DNA of 45,546 bases from positions 198,077 through 243,622 of the forward strand of contig NW_005434560.1 in assembly GCF_000315625.1 (NCBI RefSeq). The letters are read 5' to 3'. The position numbers and the translations under genes are program-made. Origin of the DNA: Guillardia theta CCMP2712. Lineage: Eukaryota; Protista; Cryptophyta. The notes under the pieces were generated by a model. It searched no databases and was not told the origin of the DNA. It saw only the letters and a list, made by a program, of their open reading frames with translations. Shown one piece after another: positions 33,880-44,749 of the stretch; position 1 is the stretch's first letter; each line of letters begins with the position of its first letter.

Positions 33880-34991
33880 CCGGCTATGCACAGGCACTTG
33901 TTGGGGTCGGCGGCGGTCGTCCCGACGGGATTCCATCGGTTCGCCCCACACGCGATGCACAAGCTGTTCTGCCCGTACGTGGCCTCGGGGCAAGGCGCGC
34001 ACACCCCATCCCCCACATGGTAATACCCGTCGCAGCAAAAGGCACCCGCCAACGACGCCCTCCCCGCGGGGCATGACAGACACTGGGCACCCCGTAGGCT
34101 CGGCTGGTACGTGCCCGCCGGGCAGATCGTGCAGCCCAACTGTGACGCGGAGTTGATCGAGGTGTAACCATACCCACAGTCCGCGCAGCTCGTCGCCCCC
34201 AGCACATCCTGGTACGACCCAGGGGGGCAGTACTCACACAACCGGTTTAGGCTCGAATTGCCCCCAGCCTGGCAGTCGTGCACTTGATACTGCCCCGCCA
34301 GGCAAGAGTCGCAAGTGGTACACTTCCTGTCAATTGGCTTGTTCCCACCGCATGGGGTGCTTTCGTACGTCCCCGCCGAGCAAGCGGCGCTGCACGTGGT
34401 GCACACCCTATCCTGGAACTCATTGTTCCCCCCTTGGCATGCCGTTGTCTCGAATTCATTGGATCCACAATTGGAGCAAGCCAGGCATCCGGCGGGATTG
34501 TTCGCAATCGACGGTGAGTTGTAGTAGTAACCATCCGCGCAGTCGCAGCAGTACCCCCAGTCCAGAGGGGTGTGGCAGCCCCACACGATGGCTGCGGAGA
34601 CGACGGATCTCACAGTGTTGGACTCGCAGGTCCCAGAGGCACAGGCCTTGATGGGGCATGACCTGCTGTATGCCCACTCTATCGGTATGTCGGGGCTGTA
34701 CACGCAGTCCAGATCGGACGTCGACCCACCGTTGGAATAGTACATGCCGGGGCACTGCTGGCAATAGCCATTCGACATGTAATATCCCGGCTTGCACACG
34801 CACGAAGACCCTCCCGACATGATGTACTGGTTGTTCGGGCATGAAACACAGTCGGCACCATTGTAATATAGACCAGGCAGGCACACGCACTTGAGTTGTG
34901 AGAGGGAGTAGTAATAGTTGGTAGGGCACGTCGTTGCCGCCACCGACGGGATGAGACAAAGGCAAACGACCCACGCAGGAGGCGTCCGCAT
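33860..34991 (-). pseudogene. Secreted Cys-rich repeat protein, 3'-truncated
   Basis: Signal peptide MRTPPAWVVCLCLIPSVAA with TATAAAAA 32 nt upstream. Cys repeats stop at CLCIAGYEAVGS, then the frame reads antisense of the plus-strand gene. Confidence 0.7.
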
Positions 34992-35074
34992 TTACAATCA
35001 CAGCTAGGATTAATCTTTTTATAGACTTATTTCTCTCCCTCCACCTTCCTCCAATGCCATGTCTTTCTTCAGGC

Positions 35075-38000
35075 CTAGGGTGCCACCTCGCAGTAGAACC
35101 CGTCGCTGCACGGTACGCAGTCCCCGTCCACGTCGTAGTACCCTGGCGCACAAGCACAGCCCTCGGGGATGCTGGTGTTGACCCGTGAGCGGCGGACCAA
35201 ACCGCAGTCGTAGCAGACCGACATGCCCGTCGCGTTGTTGAACTTACCCGGTGGGCACTGCAGACAGTACGCGGCCCGGTACGTCTCCGAGTAAGTCCCG
35301 GCACCGCACTCGGGGCAGCCACCACCCTCGCCGTACTGCATCCGCGTGCCAGGAGGGCAGTCTGTACAGGCTGAAGAACCCTGCGGCGCATACTGCCCAT
35401 GGGCACAGGGCGTGCAGTTGGTGGATACGCCGACGGAGTAGCTGTTCAAGGGGCAAATGGATATGCAAGGGCAGGCGAAACCACCGTTGCTGTAGTGCAT
35501 GCCGAGCGGGCAATAGGCAGGGATATCCGACTTCGGCACGCAAATCCCTGCGGCAGCGCCGCCGCAACCCACCAGCACCTCGGTCGTCTGGCAAATGGGA
35601 CACGGGGTGCAATACCCGGATGTGTCGTTCTGACAGCCCGCCCGGTACTGGTTCCTTAGGCAGGCAGGGCACGCCTCGCACAAACCAGGGCCGAACCGTC
35701 CGCATCCCACTCTGTACTCACCCTCGGCGCACCCAACACAGGGCTCGCAAGCGCTTGTGCAGTCCCTCCTGTACTCCCCAACGGGGCAATCCGTGCAGGA
35801 CTGGCAATACCCGGGCGATGTCCCACCGCACCCCACAAGGGTCTCAAACGCGCTGCAAACCGTGCAAGGGTAGCAAGAGCCAGCGCTGCTCCCACCGCAG
35901 CCGGCAGCGTAATTTCCAGGGGAACAAGACGCACAGGCCTTGCAATTGCCCGCGGACTGCCCCCCGCAACCCAAAGCATACCGATTGTCACCGCAGTAAT
36001 CGCAGCTCTCACACGAGCCCTGGCTGCTACCGTAGCAGCCCATCCTGTATGTCCCGTCCCCACACGCCCCACAGTCGATGCAGAAGGTTTCATTCGACAC
36101 GCCGTTGCAGCCAGGGAAGTACTGCCCGGCGCTACAGGAAGGGCACGGCCTGCAGGCGCCCTGGCTCCCACCGCCACATCCATACCTGTACTGGCCCAGG
36201 GCACAGCTCGGGCACTGCTGGCATGTCCCATCCACAAGGTAGTACCCCTCGCAGCAGGAAGACCCCTGGACTGAGGTCGAACCCCTAGGGCAGGGATTGC
36301 AGGAGACCTGCCTGGCCTGGTTCTGGTAGGTACCAACGGGACACTGCTCACACACACCGGGGGACGGAAGGTAACTCCCCGCGGGGCAGTCCGAGCAGAA
36401 AGTCTGCTTCACGTCCGCAGAGAACGTCCCGAACGGGCATGTGTCGCACCAGTAGTAGCCGTACTCCGCGTTGTACCGGCTGTATTTCCCGACTGAACAG
36501 GACTGGCAGCTCGTCAGGGTGCTATCCGGCTCCTCCCCCTGTGGGCACGCCACACAGCCAACGTCCGCGGCAAGCGAGAAGGACCCCTGCGGGCATGGCT
36601 TGCAGTAGTACATGCTTGCATCAGACAACCCAAGCTTCAGGCACACCGATGGCAGAATGCTCGCACTGGGCTCGTAGGCAACGTAGTAGTTGGCCTTGCA
36701 GGAGCAGCTGTACAGCATCACCCCGTTCAGATTCTGCGCAAGGGACTGCTGGTCCAGGGCCTGGCTGACGCAGAACGAGGTGAATCCCTTCATACAAGAG
36801 CCTTGCTCTACCCAATGCTTGGTGTAATCGTAGGTCACTACATAGGGCAGGCTGGAGGGCATAGTAGAACAGCTCCTATCGACCGAGCCATACGCCGTCA
36901 GATCGATGTATTGACCGGAGGGACAAGCCCCGCCCCCCGACCGACAGCTCCCCGACACCAGATACCTGTTGTACAGATACCCATGCACACAAGTCGTCAC
37001 ACAGACCTCGCTCACTGGAATCTGATCCGCGTGGCATTGCACGCAGGCGGTGGACCCCGCTGGGGCATAGCTGTCAGTCAAGCACGAAATGCACGTCTCA
37101 TCCTTGGTGCTCGAGTACGTCCCTGCACTGCACTGGGCACAGGTCCCAGTCACGGGTGAGGAGCTTCCAGACCACGTCCACCCATAGCCAGGGCAGCAAA
37201 CCTTCCCGGTATATCCCGTGGACACAGCGCCACTGCAGGCAAGGCAGGCGGTGCTTCCCTGATCGGGCTGGTAGCTGCTCGCCCCGCACTCGCTGCAATG
37301 GGTCTGACCCGTGCTTGGCTGCTCGCTACCCCTGGGACACGGCAAGCAGGAGAGGTAGCGATTCTCCGCAGGCATGAAGGTGCCAGCCGGGCAGCTGCTA
37401 CAGGTTGTCGAAGAGCAGCTGTCACGGTAGCTCCCCGCAGGGCAGAACACCCAATCGGTGCACTTGCTTGGGAGAGTCTCACTGAAGAATTGCAGGGGTT
37501 TGTACGTGCAAACACCGGGGTTCCGCTCCTCACAGTACTTCAAAATGTCTCCCTCCGAGCAGGAGGACGTGTTGCAAACTGAACAGGCCCCGGAGGTGCT
37601 CGTCCCACAGAGCGCCGACATGTACTGGCCACTCGGGCACATCGTGCAGGGCTGGCACTCCCCGGGAGACGTTCCACCGCAGCCAACCCGGAAGCTAGAC
37701 GAAGAGCAAGGAAGGCAGTCGGAGCAGGCACCAGACGAAATACCCCCGCATACAACAGACGTATACTGGTTGGCACCGCAGCTCAGGGTGCAATCCTTGC
37801 AGGTCCCGGCCACTGTCCCCCCGCACCCCTCCAGGTACTGCCCGCTGTTGCAATCCGAGGTCGGACAGGGGACACACGATCCGGATTCCAAACCCCCACA
37901 CCCCACTAAGTACGTCCCAGGATCGCAAGTGGCACACGGCTGGCATGTCCCTTCCGAGGTGCCGGAGCAGCCCTTCCTGTAGTCCCCAGCAGAGCACGAC

Positions 38001-38426
38001 TGGCAAGGCATGCAGCTCCCAGCAGTGAGGTTGCCGCAGGCACTCAGATACTGGCCACTAGAACACTGCAACGTCGGGCAGGCGGTGCAAGTCCCAGGGT
38101 TCACACTCACACAATCCTTGTTGTACTCCCCGGCACCGCATGAAGCACATGGCACGCAGGTACCTGGGTTCGTCCCCGAGCAATTGGCCCTGTATTGGCC
38201 TAACGGGCATGAGCCACAGAGGTTGCAGACCCCCGCACTCACCCCACCACATCCAGTCAAGTACTGACCGCTGCTGCAAGTGTGGGTCGAACAAGACACA
38301 CAAGTACCTTGGCTTATATTCGCACAATCAGCCCGGTAAGTGTCGGGTGGGCAGGATAGCAATAAACACGACTTACATGAACCGCCATACACACCACTGC
38401 ATCCATCCCTGTAATATGTCGGCGGG
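35075..38426 (-). pseudogene. C-terminal part (over 1100 aa) of a giant Cys-rich repeat protein, 5'-truncated by SatC
   Basis: Dozens of CxxGxYxxGCxGxxxGxCxxC repeats. The frame stays open upstream of the tracked GTG as PPTYYRDGCSGV up to the satellite; no signal peptide. Confidence 0.82.
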
Positions 38427-38848
38427 CTCCATCTAGACTGATCTGATACCTCCTTGTGTCATCCGACTCATATATATACTGAGTCGGGCCCGCAGGGCCC
38501 GCCTTAGAAAAAACTCATAACGTCGGGAGCCCCACCGCAAACATACCCCCAGATCCCCTCCCACCTTCCATCTGAGGTCATGGAGAGGCTCATTGGCCTC
38601 CATCTAGACTGATCTGATACCTCCTTGTGTCATCCGACTCATATATATACTGAGGCGGGCCCGCAGGGCCCGCCTTAGAAAAAACTCATAACGTCGGGAG
38701 CCCCACCGCAAACATACCCCCAGATCCCCTCCCACCTTCCATCTGAGGTCATGGAGAGGCTCATTGGCCTCCATCTAGACTGATCTGATACCTCCTTGTG
38801 TCATCCGACTCATATATATACTGAGGCGGGCCCGCAGGGCCCGCCTTA
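38427..38848 (+). repeat. Satellite C block, about 2.5 units
   Basis: 171-bp period. Confidence 0.97.
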
Positions 38849-39148
38849 TTAATTCCTTTTCTTTTTTTTTTCTTATACATGTCTAATTATATAATAATAA
38901 ATGTATTATATGTTAGTACTAATATACATTACTCAATACATATAGTACTACCCACAAGGCAGGGTTCACCCTCCACAGCCCATGCTTTACATAAACGGCC
39001 GAGGAAAGCGCCGAGGCTCAGAGTAGGCCGCTACATGCATGGGCAGGCGGCCACACTGCAGGATGCCTGCGAGAGAGAAGAGGCGGACACCGAGCAAGAC
39101 GGCTTCGTCTACCCCCCACGCGCACAGATCGAGGATAAAGACAGAGGT

Positions 39149-39853
39149 ATGGACACGGAGGAGCCGATGGATCACACATTCCAGTGGATCTCGGCGATTC
39201 AAAGCGGCTGCATCATCGTCTCCTTCGCGTTCTACACCTCACTGGCACTCTCCAGGGACGTCAGGGAGGAGAAGTACAGGAACAACATCGATTGCGTACT
39301 GCAGACCATGGAGAGCATGACGGTGGACGCAATCACAGTCCTATTCGTCCTCGCTGGCTTCTCCGACTCGCACAGGAGGTGGAACGACGGCCTAAAATGG
39401 CCGGAGATCGCGTACAGCGTCAACGCGGAGATGTACCCCCACATCGCGCTCGTCAACACCCTCCTCATGCCCTTCGGGATGGCGGTGGACGGGCTGTGGT
39501 CGAGCCCGATGACATGGGTCATCAACCTTTCATCCATCCTCTATCTACCACCGTTCCTGGAGCTAAGGCAGGACTCCCGCTACCGCCTCTTCAACGAGTC
39601 GACGGCCATCCTCATGACCCTCCTCCTCTGCAGGACGGCCTACCCGCTGGCGAGGTCAGCGATCAACAGCACCATAAACAACTTCCCCGCACACCACGAG
39701 AAGATCAACATGGCCAACGTCATATTCCAGACGGCGGTGTCCTGCATTATCACCTCGATCAATCTCCGAGACAACCAAGCCTTTCAGCACCCTCGTAACC
39801 TCACTGAACACCATCAACGAGACGCAGCAGGGCCTTGGCATCTGCCCGAATGA
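39149..39853 (+). pseudogene. Multi-pass membrane protein, possibly acyltransferase-3 (OafA)-like, 3'-truncated
   Basis: Likely start MDTEEP at 39149. AITVLFVLAGF, EMYP and FNEST..AYPL resemble the VDxFFVLSGF, RxYP and NxxxWSL..YP motifs. Natural sequence is lost near 39770. Confidence 0.4.
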
Positions 39854-40457
39854 GGCGGTGTATCAGCGAGGCACTTCCACTGTCACTGGCCAAAGGTCCG
39901 ATAGGACAGACCTTACAGGAAACCGGCAGATCATCAGCGGGACGGTGGACTCCACGGGCGCCACGACGGTGTACGCGGACGGGTCAGCTGGGACTGCTTC
40001 GGTGCTCCCCTCCCTTGTCTCTACCTCGGATGGGTACATCGAGATTGGCAGCCTGTTCGAGGGTTACATCCAGGAGCTGATCGTCCTGGGGACGGCAGTC
40101 ACAACAACGCAGCGGGAGGCGATCCACCGGTACCTCTCCAAGAAGTGGCACGTCTCGCCGCACCGGATGGACTCGAACGGGGACGGGACGTCGGACTACT
40201 GGGACCCTTCGGGGGTGCCGCCGTGCAGCGTGTGCTCGGCGGGCTCGAGCAGCGCCCTGGGGGCGTGCCAGGCCTGCCAGGCGGGGAAGTACAGCCCGTA
40301 CGGGGGGCGGTGCGACTGGTGCCCGGGCAACTCGACCTCGTACCCCGGCGCGGTGTCGATCGCCCAGTGCTCGTGCGTGCCGGGCTACTACCGGACGAGC
40401 CTGACCACGTGCGAGGCCTGCCCTGCCGGGTTCTACTGCCCTGCCGTTTGTAGCTAG
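39775..40457 (+). pseudogene. C-terminal fragment of a LamG/concanavalin-like plus Cys-repeat protein, 5'-truncated
   Basis: The frame is open upstream of 39858 (FSTLVTSLNTINETQQG..). FEGYIQELIV..QREAIHRYLSKKW is a typical LamG-like domain end, followed by Cys repeats. Confidence 0.6.
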
Positions 40458-40551
40458 GTGGTTCTTGAAAATAAAATTTATCCTCTTCCTTTTTTTGTGT
40501 CCAGGGGTTCCATCCCGTCCATTTAAGACGCAGGGGGTTGTCTGGGAGAGG

Positions 40552-42684
40552 ATGAGGGCATGGATCACGCTTGTGTTCGCGCTCGGGTTGCTGCCCACCG
40601 GGGGCGACTGCTCCCTGTGCGTTGTAGGGTACTACGATGACGGCAACGGGGTGTGCGTCCCGTGCCCCCTGCATACCACAACGTCTGTGTTGGGAGCGAA
40701 GGGTTCGACCGCGTGCGATATGTGCGCGACAGGTTATTACAACCCAATGATGGATTACCGCGGTCCACTCGTCCAGATCATCCGGGACAAGCCGCCCTGG
40801 GGGGTGTACCTTGCCAGGGACTACAACAACGGGCAGATACCGGACGCGCAGGGGGTTCGCGCCGCCGCCACGGTGACGGGGGGCACCATCTCCCACGGGA
40901 ATGCATCGGGGAACGGAGCCAACGGGCCGGTCTCTTACGTGTCGGGAGATAGCAGCACCAGTATTCTGTTCCCTTCCGGGAGTATCCCGGACACCTTCAC
41001 GATATGTGGTGTGGCTCGTGAGACCAATGTCAACCCTGTCAATAATTTCGGCCTGGGCTTGATCTTTGTGGGTATGAACAACCCGTGGTTTCTGGGATGG
41101 TACTACAGCCTGGGGAGGGCATACTTTGGCAAGGATATGACGGACAACACGAACAAGTACAAGAACTACATGGATTGGATGGTGGTCTGCGGCACGAACG
41201 GGGGTGTCCACCCCAACAACATCAAGACGGCCATGCTGTCGGCTACCGGGTATACGATATCCAACTACGGGACGGCCGACGGTGGGAGCGGCGGCGACAC
41301 CCTTGCGATCAACGCCGGGTCCTTTTTCCCCCCCACGGGCAGCGAGTTGCTGGAACCCTTTTCTTTCCACTCCGTGTACATCTGGAACCAGACCCTGACC
41401 TCGGGTGAGATGGACAGCGTCATGAAGTATCTCCTCTATATCCTGGACGTGGGAGAGAGTGATTTAAAGTGCGATACCTGCGATTTCGGGTTTTACAACG
41501 CAGACGGCATTTGTGTGCCATGTCCAAGTGGCTTGAGTACCTCGCAGCGTAACTCCACTCTTTCTGACTGCCATTGCCCTGTTGGGCATTACCTTGATTC
41601 GAATGGTTATTGTTGGAAGTGCCCATGGGACTTTACCACCGAGACATCAAATGCTGACAATGTCACGTATTGCTTACGTAGGTATACCAGCACATCAACC
41701 AGCTATCAGGTGACATTCGATGTGGACGCCCGTATGGATGTATTGATCGTTGGGGGTGGAGGGGCTGGTGGATACTTCAATTCTCCTGTTTATATTTCGA
41801 TGTGGTCAATCTATTGGACCTATGGCGTCGGAGGTGGCGGTGCTGGTGGTATGGGGATAGGATGGCTGTTGCTAAAAAGCAATGTTGTTTACCAGATCAC
41901 GATTGGCGATGGTGGAAAGTCACAGGCATTTTCTTCTGGGACAGGGACAGGTCTAGACAGTGGATTGAGCGGTGGGGACACGACAATTATCGGGGGTGAT
42001 ATTGATGAGATAGCGTACGGCGGTGGAGGTGGTGGTGGGTTGGACTCGAGAGCTTCATGGACTGATACCCAAATCTCACAAACAGTAAAGGGAAAAGATG
42101 GTGGAAGTAGTGGGGGTTCTGCGAACAGCAAGAAATATAACAACGTGCCTGTTGTGAGTTACGTATCACCTGCTGCGACTGCTACTAAGGGGTCATCGAG
42201 GTTAACTACCCGACTTGGTGCTATGACTTACTACGGGAATAATGGAGGTGTGAGCGCAACGGATGAGGGTAGTTCTGGCGGTGGTGGCGCGTCGGAACCC
42301 GGAGAAGATGCTACCTCATCAAATCCGACGGGTCGTGCCGGTGGTAAGGGGATGCAATGGTTGGATGGTAAGTATTATGCGGGAGGTGGCAGCGGTTACA
42401 TAGATACTGCAACCCCACCAAGTTATACGTTGGGAAGTGGGGTGTCTGGCACGGGTGGGGGTGGAAGCATAGCAACCCTATCTTGTTGCCCTTGGATTGT
42501 CTTTAATCAAGATGGATTTTCGGGTACCGTCGTGTTCAAGGCCCAGGGTTGTAGTCCGGGAAGCTACATCGCCGATGCGACCAGCAATGTGTGCGTGCAG
42601 TGCAGTGCATCTTCATGTGCAAGCGATCAATATCTTCAGGGATGCCAAGGATATCATCCAGGCGCCTTTAGAAAAAACTCATAA
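40552..42684 (+). pseudogene. N-terminal part of a giant secreted protein (signal peptide, Cys repeats, lectin/LamG-like domain, glycine-rich fibre-like domain), 3'-truncated by SatC
   Basis: MRAWITLVFALGLLPTGGDC with ATTTAAG 30 nt upstream. Gly-rich domain DVLIVGGGGAGG..YQITIGDGG..AYGGGGGG..YYAGGGSG. The last residues FRKNS and the stop come from SatC. Confidence 0.8.
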
Positions 42685-43080
42685 CGTCGCGGAGCCCCAC
42701 TGCAAACATACCCCCAGATCCCCTCCCACCTTCCATCTGAGGTCATGGAGAGGCTCATTGGCCTCCATCTAGACTGATCTGATACCTCCTTGTGTCATCC
42801 GACTCATATATATACTGAGGCGGGCCCGCAGGGCCCGCCTTAGAAAAAACTCATAACGTCGGGAGCCCCACTGCAAACATACCCCCAGATCCCCTCCCAC
42901 CTTCCATCTGAGGTCATGGAGAGGCTCATTGGCCTCCATCTAGACTGATCTGATACCTCCTTGTGTCATCCGACTCATATATATACTGAGGCGGGCCCGC
43001 AGGGCCCGATTAGAAAAAACTCATAACGTCGGGAGCCCCACCGCAAACATACCCCCAGATCCCCTCCCACCTTCCATCTG
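42663..43080 (+). repeat. Satellite C block, about 2.4 units
   Basis: 171-172-bp period. Confidence 0.97.
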
Positions 43081-43831
43081 CCGTGACCCGGCTGACAGGC
43101 TCACCTGACCGGTCACGTGACACATCACGTGACCGAGACAAGACTTTTTTATATCGCAGATCCAAAAACCCATAGGACATTTCTCCCAGGGGGAAGAAAA
43201 CCTCCCTTGACCCCCCTGTTTCTCGACGGATCCTGCCGGCCGGGCCCGTCAGTAGACCGACTGCAGCCTTCAGCCCCGCCTCAGACCCCCTGGAGGCCCG
43301 CCAGGAGGCTAAGTGTCCGGAGATTGGCCGGGGGCCTGATCTCTCCGGGCGGCCGTGACCGGTCAGCGGACCGTGTCAGCAGGCCCGTGACATGTCAGCC
43401 GGCTGACAGGGGCCGTGACCCGGCTGACAGGCTCACCTGACCGGTCACGTGACACATCACGTGACCGAGACAAGACTTTTTTATATCGCAGATCCAAAAA
43501 CCCATAGGACATTTCTCCCAGGGGGAAGAAAACCTCCCTTGACCCCCCTGTTTCTCGACGGATCCTGCCGGCCGGGCCCGTCAGTAGACCGACTGCAGCC
43601 TTCAGCCCCGCCTCAGACCCCCTGGAGGCCCGCCAGGAGGCTAAGTGTCCGGAGATTGGCCGGGGGCCTGATCTCTCCGGGCGGCCGTGACCGGTCAGCG
43701 GACCGTGTCAGCAGGCCCGTGACATGTCAGCCGGCTGACAGGGGCCGTGACCCGGCTGACAGGCTCACCTGACCGGTCACGTGACACATCACGTGACCGA
43801 GACAAGACTTTTTTATATCGCAGATCCAAAA
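43080..43831 (+). repeat. Satellite A array resumed, about 2.3 units, running into the gap
   Basis: 332-bp units at 43117, 43449 and 43781; the two complete units carry the GGGCCCGTCAG variant. Confidence 0.97.
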
Positions 43832-43843
43832 GAGTATACTTCG

Positions 43844-44722
43844 NNNNNNNNNNNNNNNNNNNNNNNNNNNNNNNNNNNNNNNNNNNNNNNNNNNNNNNNN
43901 NNNNNNNNNNNNNNNNNNNNNNNNNNNNNNNNNNNNNNNNNNNNNNNNNNNNNNNNNNNNNNNNNNNNNNNNNNNNNNNNNNNNNNNNNNNNNNNNNNNN
44001 NNNNNNNNNNNNNNNNNNNNNNNNNNNNNNNNNNNNNNNNNNNNNNNNNNNNNNNNNNNNNNNNNNNNNNNNNNNNNNNNNNNNNNNNNNNNNNNNNNNN
44101 NNNNNNNNNNNNNNNNNNNNNNNNNNNNNNNNNNNNNNNNNNNNNNNNNNNNNNNNNNNNNNNNNNNNNNNNNNNNNNNNNNNNNNNNNNNNNNNNNNNN
44201 NNNNNNNNNNNNNNNNNNNNNNNNNNNNNNNNNNNNNNNNNNNNNNNNNNNNNNNNNNNNNNNNNNNNNNNNNNNNNNNNNNNNNNNNNNNNNNNNNNNN
44301 NNNNNNNNNNNNNNNNNNNNNNNNNNNNNNNNNNNNNNNNNNNNNNNNNNNNNNNNNNNNNNNNNNNNNNNNNNNNNNNNNNNNNNNNNNNNNNNNNNNN
44401 NNNNNNNNNNNNNNNNNNNNNNNNNNNNNNNNNNNNNNNNNNNNNNNNNNNNNNNNNNNNNNNNNNNNNNNNNNNNNNNNNNNNNNNNNNNNNNNNNNNN
44501 NNNNNNNNNNNNNNNNNNNNNNNNNNNNNNNNNNNNNNNNNNNNNNNNNNNNNNNNNNNNNNNNNNNNNNNNNNNNNNNNNNNNNNNNNNNNNNNNNNNN
44601 NNNNNNNNNNNNNNNNNNNNNNNNNNNNNNNNNNNNNNNNNNNNNNNNNNNNNNNNNNNNNNNNNNNNNNNNNNNNNNNNNNNNNNNNNNNNNNNNNNNN
44701 NNNNNNNNNNNNNNNNNNNNNN
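43844..44722. other. Assembly gap, 879 N
   Basis: Run of N. Confidence 1.
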
Positions 44723-44749
44723 GGGCCTTGTTGCCGCTTATCTCTTTCA

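Larger units (their letters stand above)
17922..38426. mobile_element. Endogenous large-dsDNA-virus-like block 1 (20.5 kb), mosaic and degraded
   Basis: Dense, apparently intronless, GC-rich ORFs with very short intergenic regions, uniform TATA-like promoters, many unrecognisable small proteins and giant Cys-repeat proteins. No hallmark capsid or polymerase recognised. Confidence 0.7.
38849..42666 (+). mobile_element. Endogenous virus-like block 2 (3.8 kb)
   Basis: Same gene style as block 1. Begins with an AT-rich tract of about 100 bp and is bounded by SatC. Confidence 0.68.

Noticed and set aside
30288-34076. Intact 1262-aa ORF as tracked, and the 507-aa ORF 29739-31262
   Set aside because: Their termini are antisense or out-of-frame shadows of neighbouring genes. 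Only the central or 3' parts look coding.
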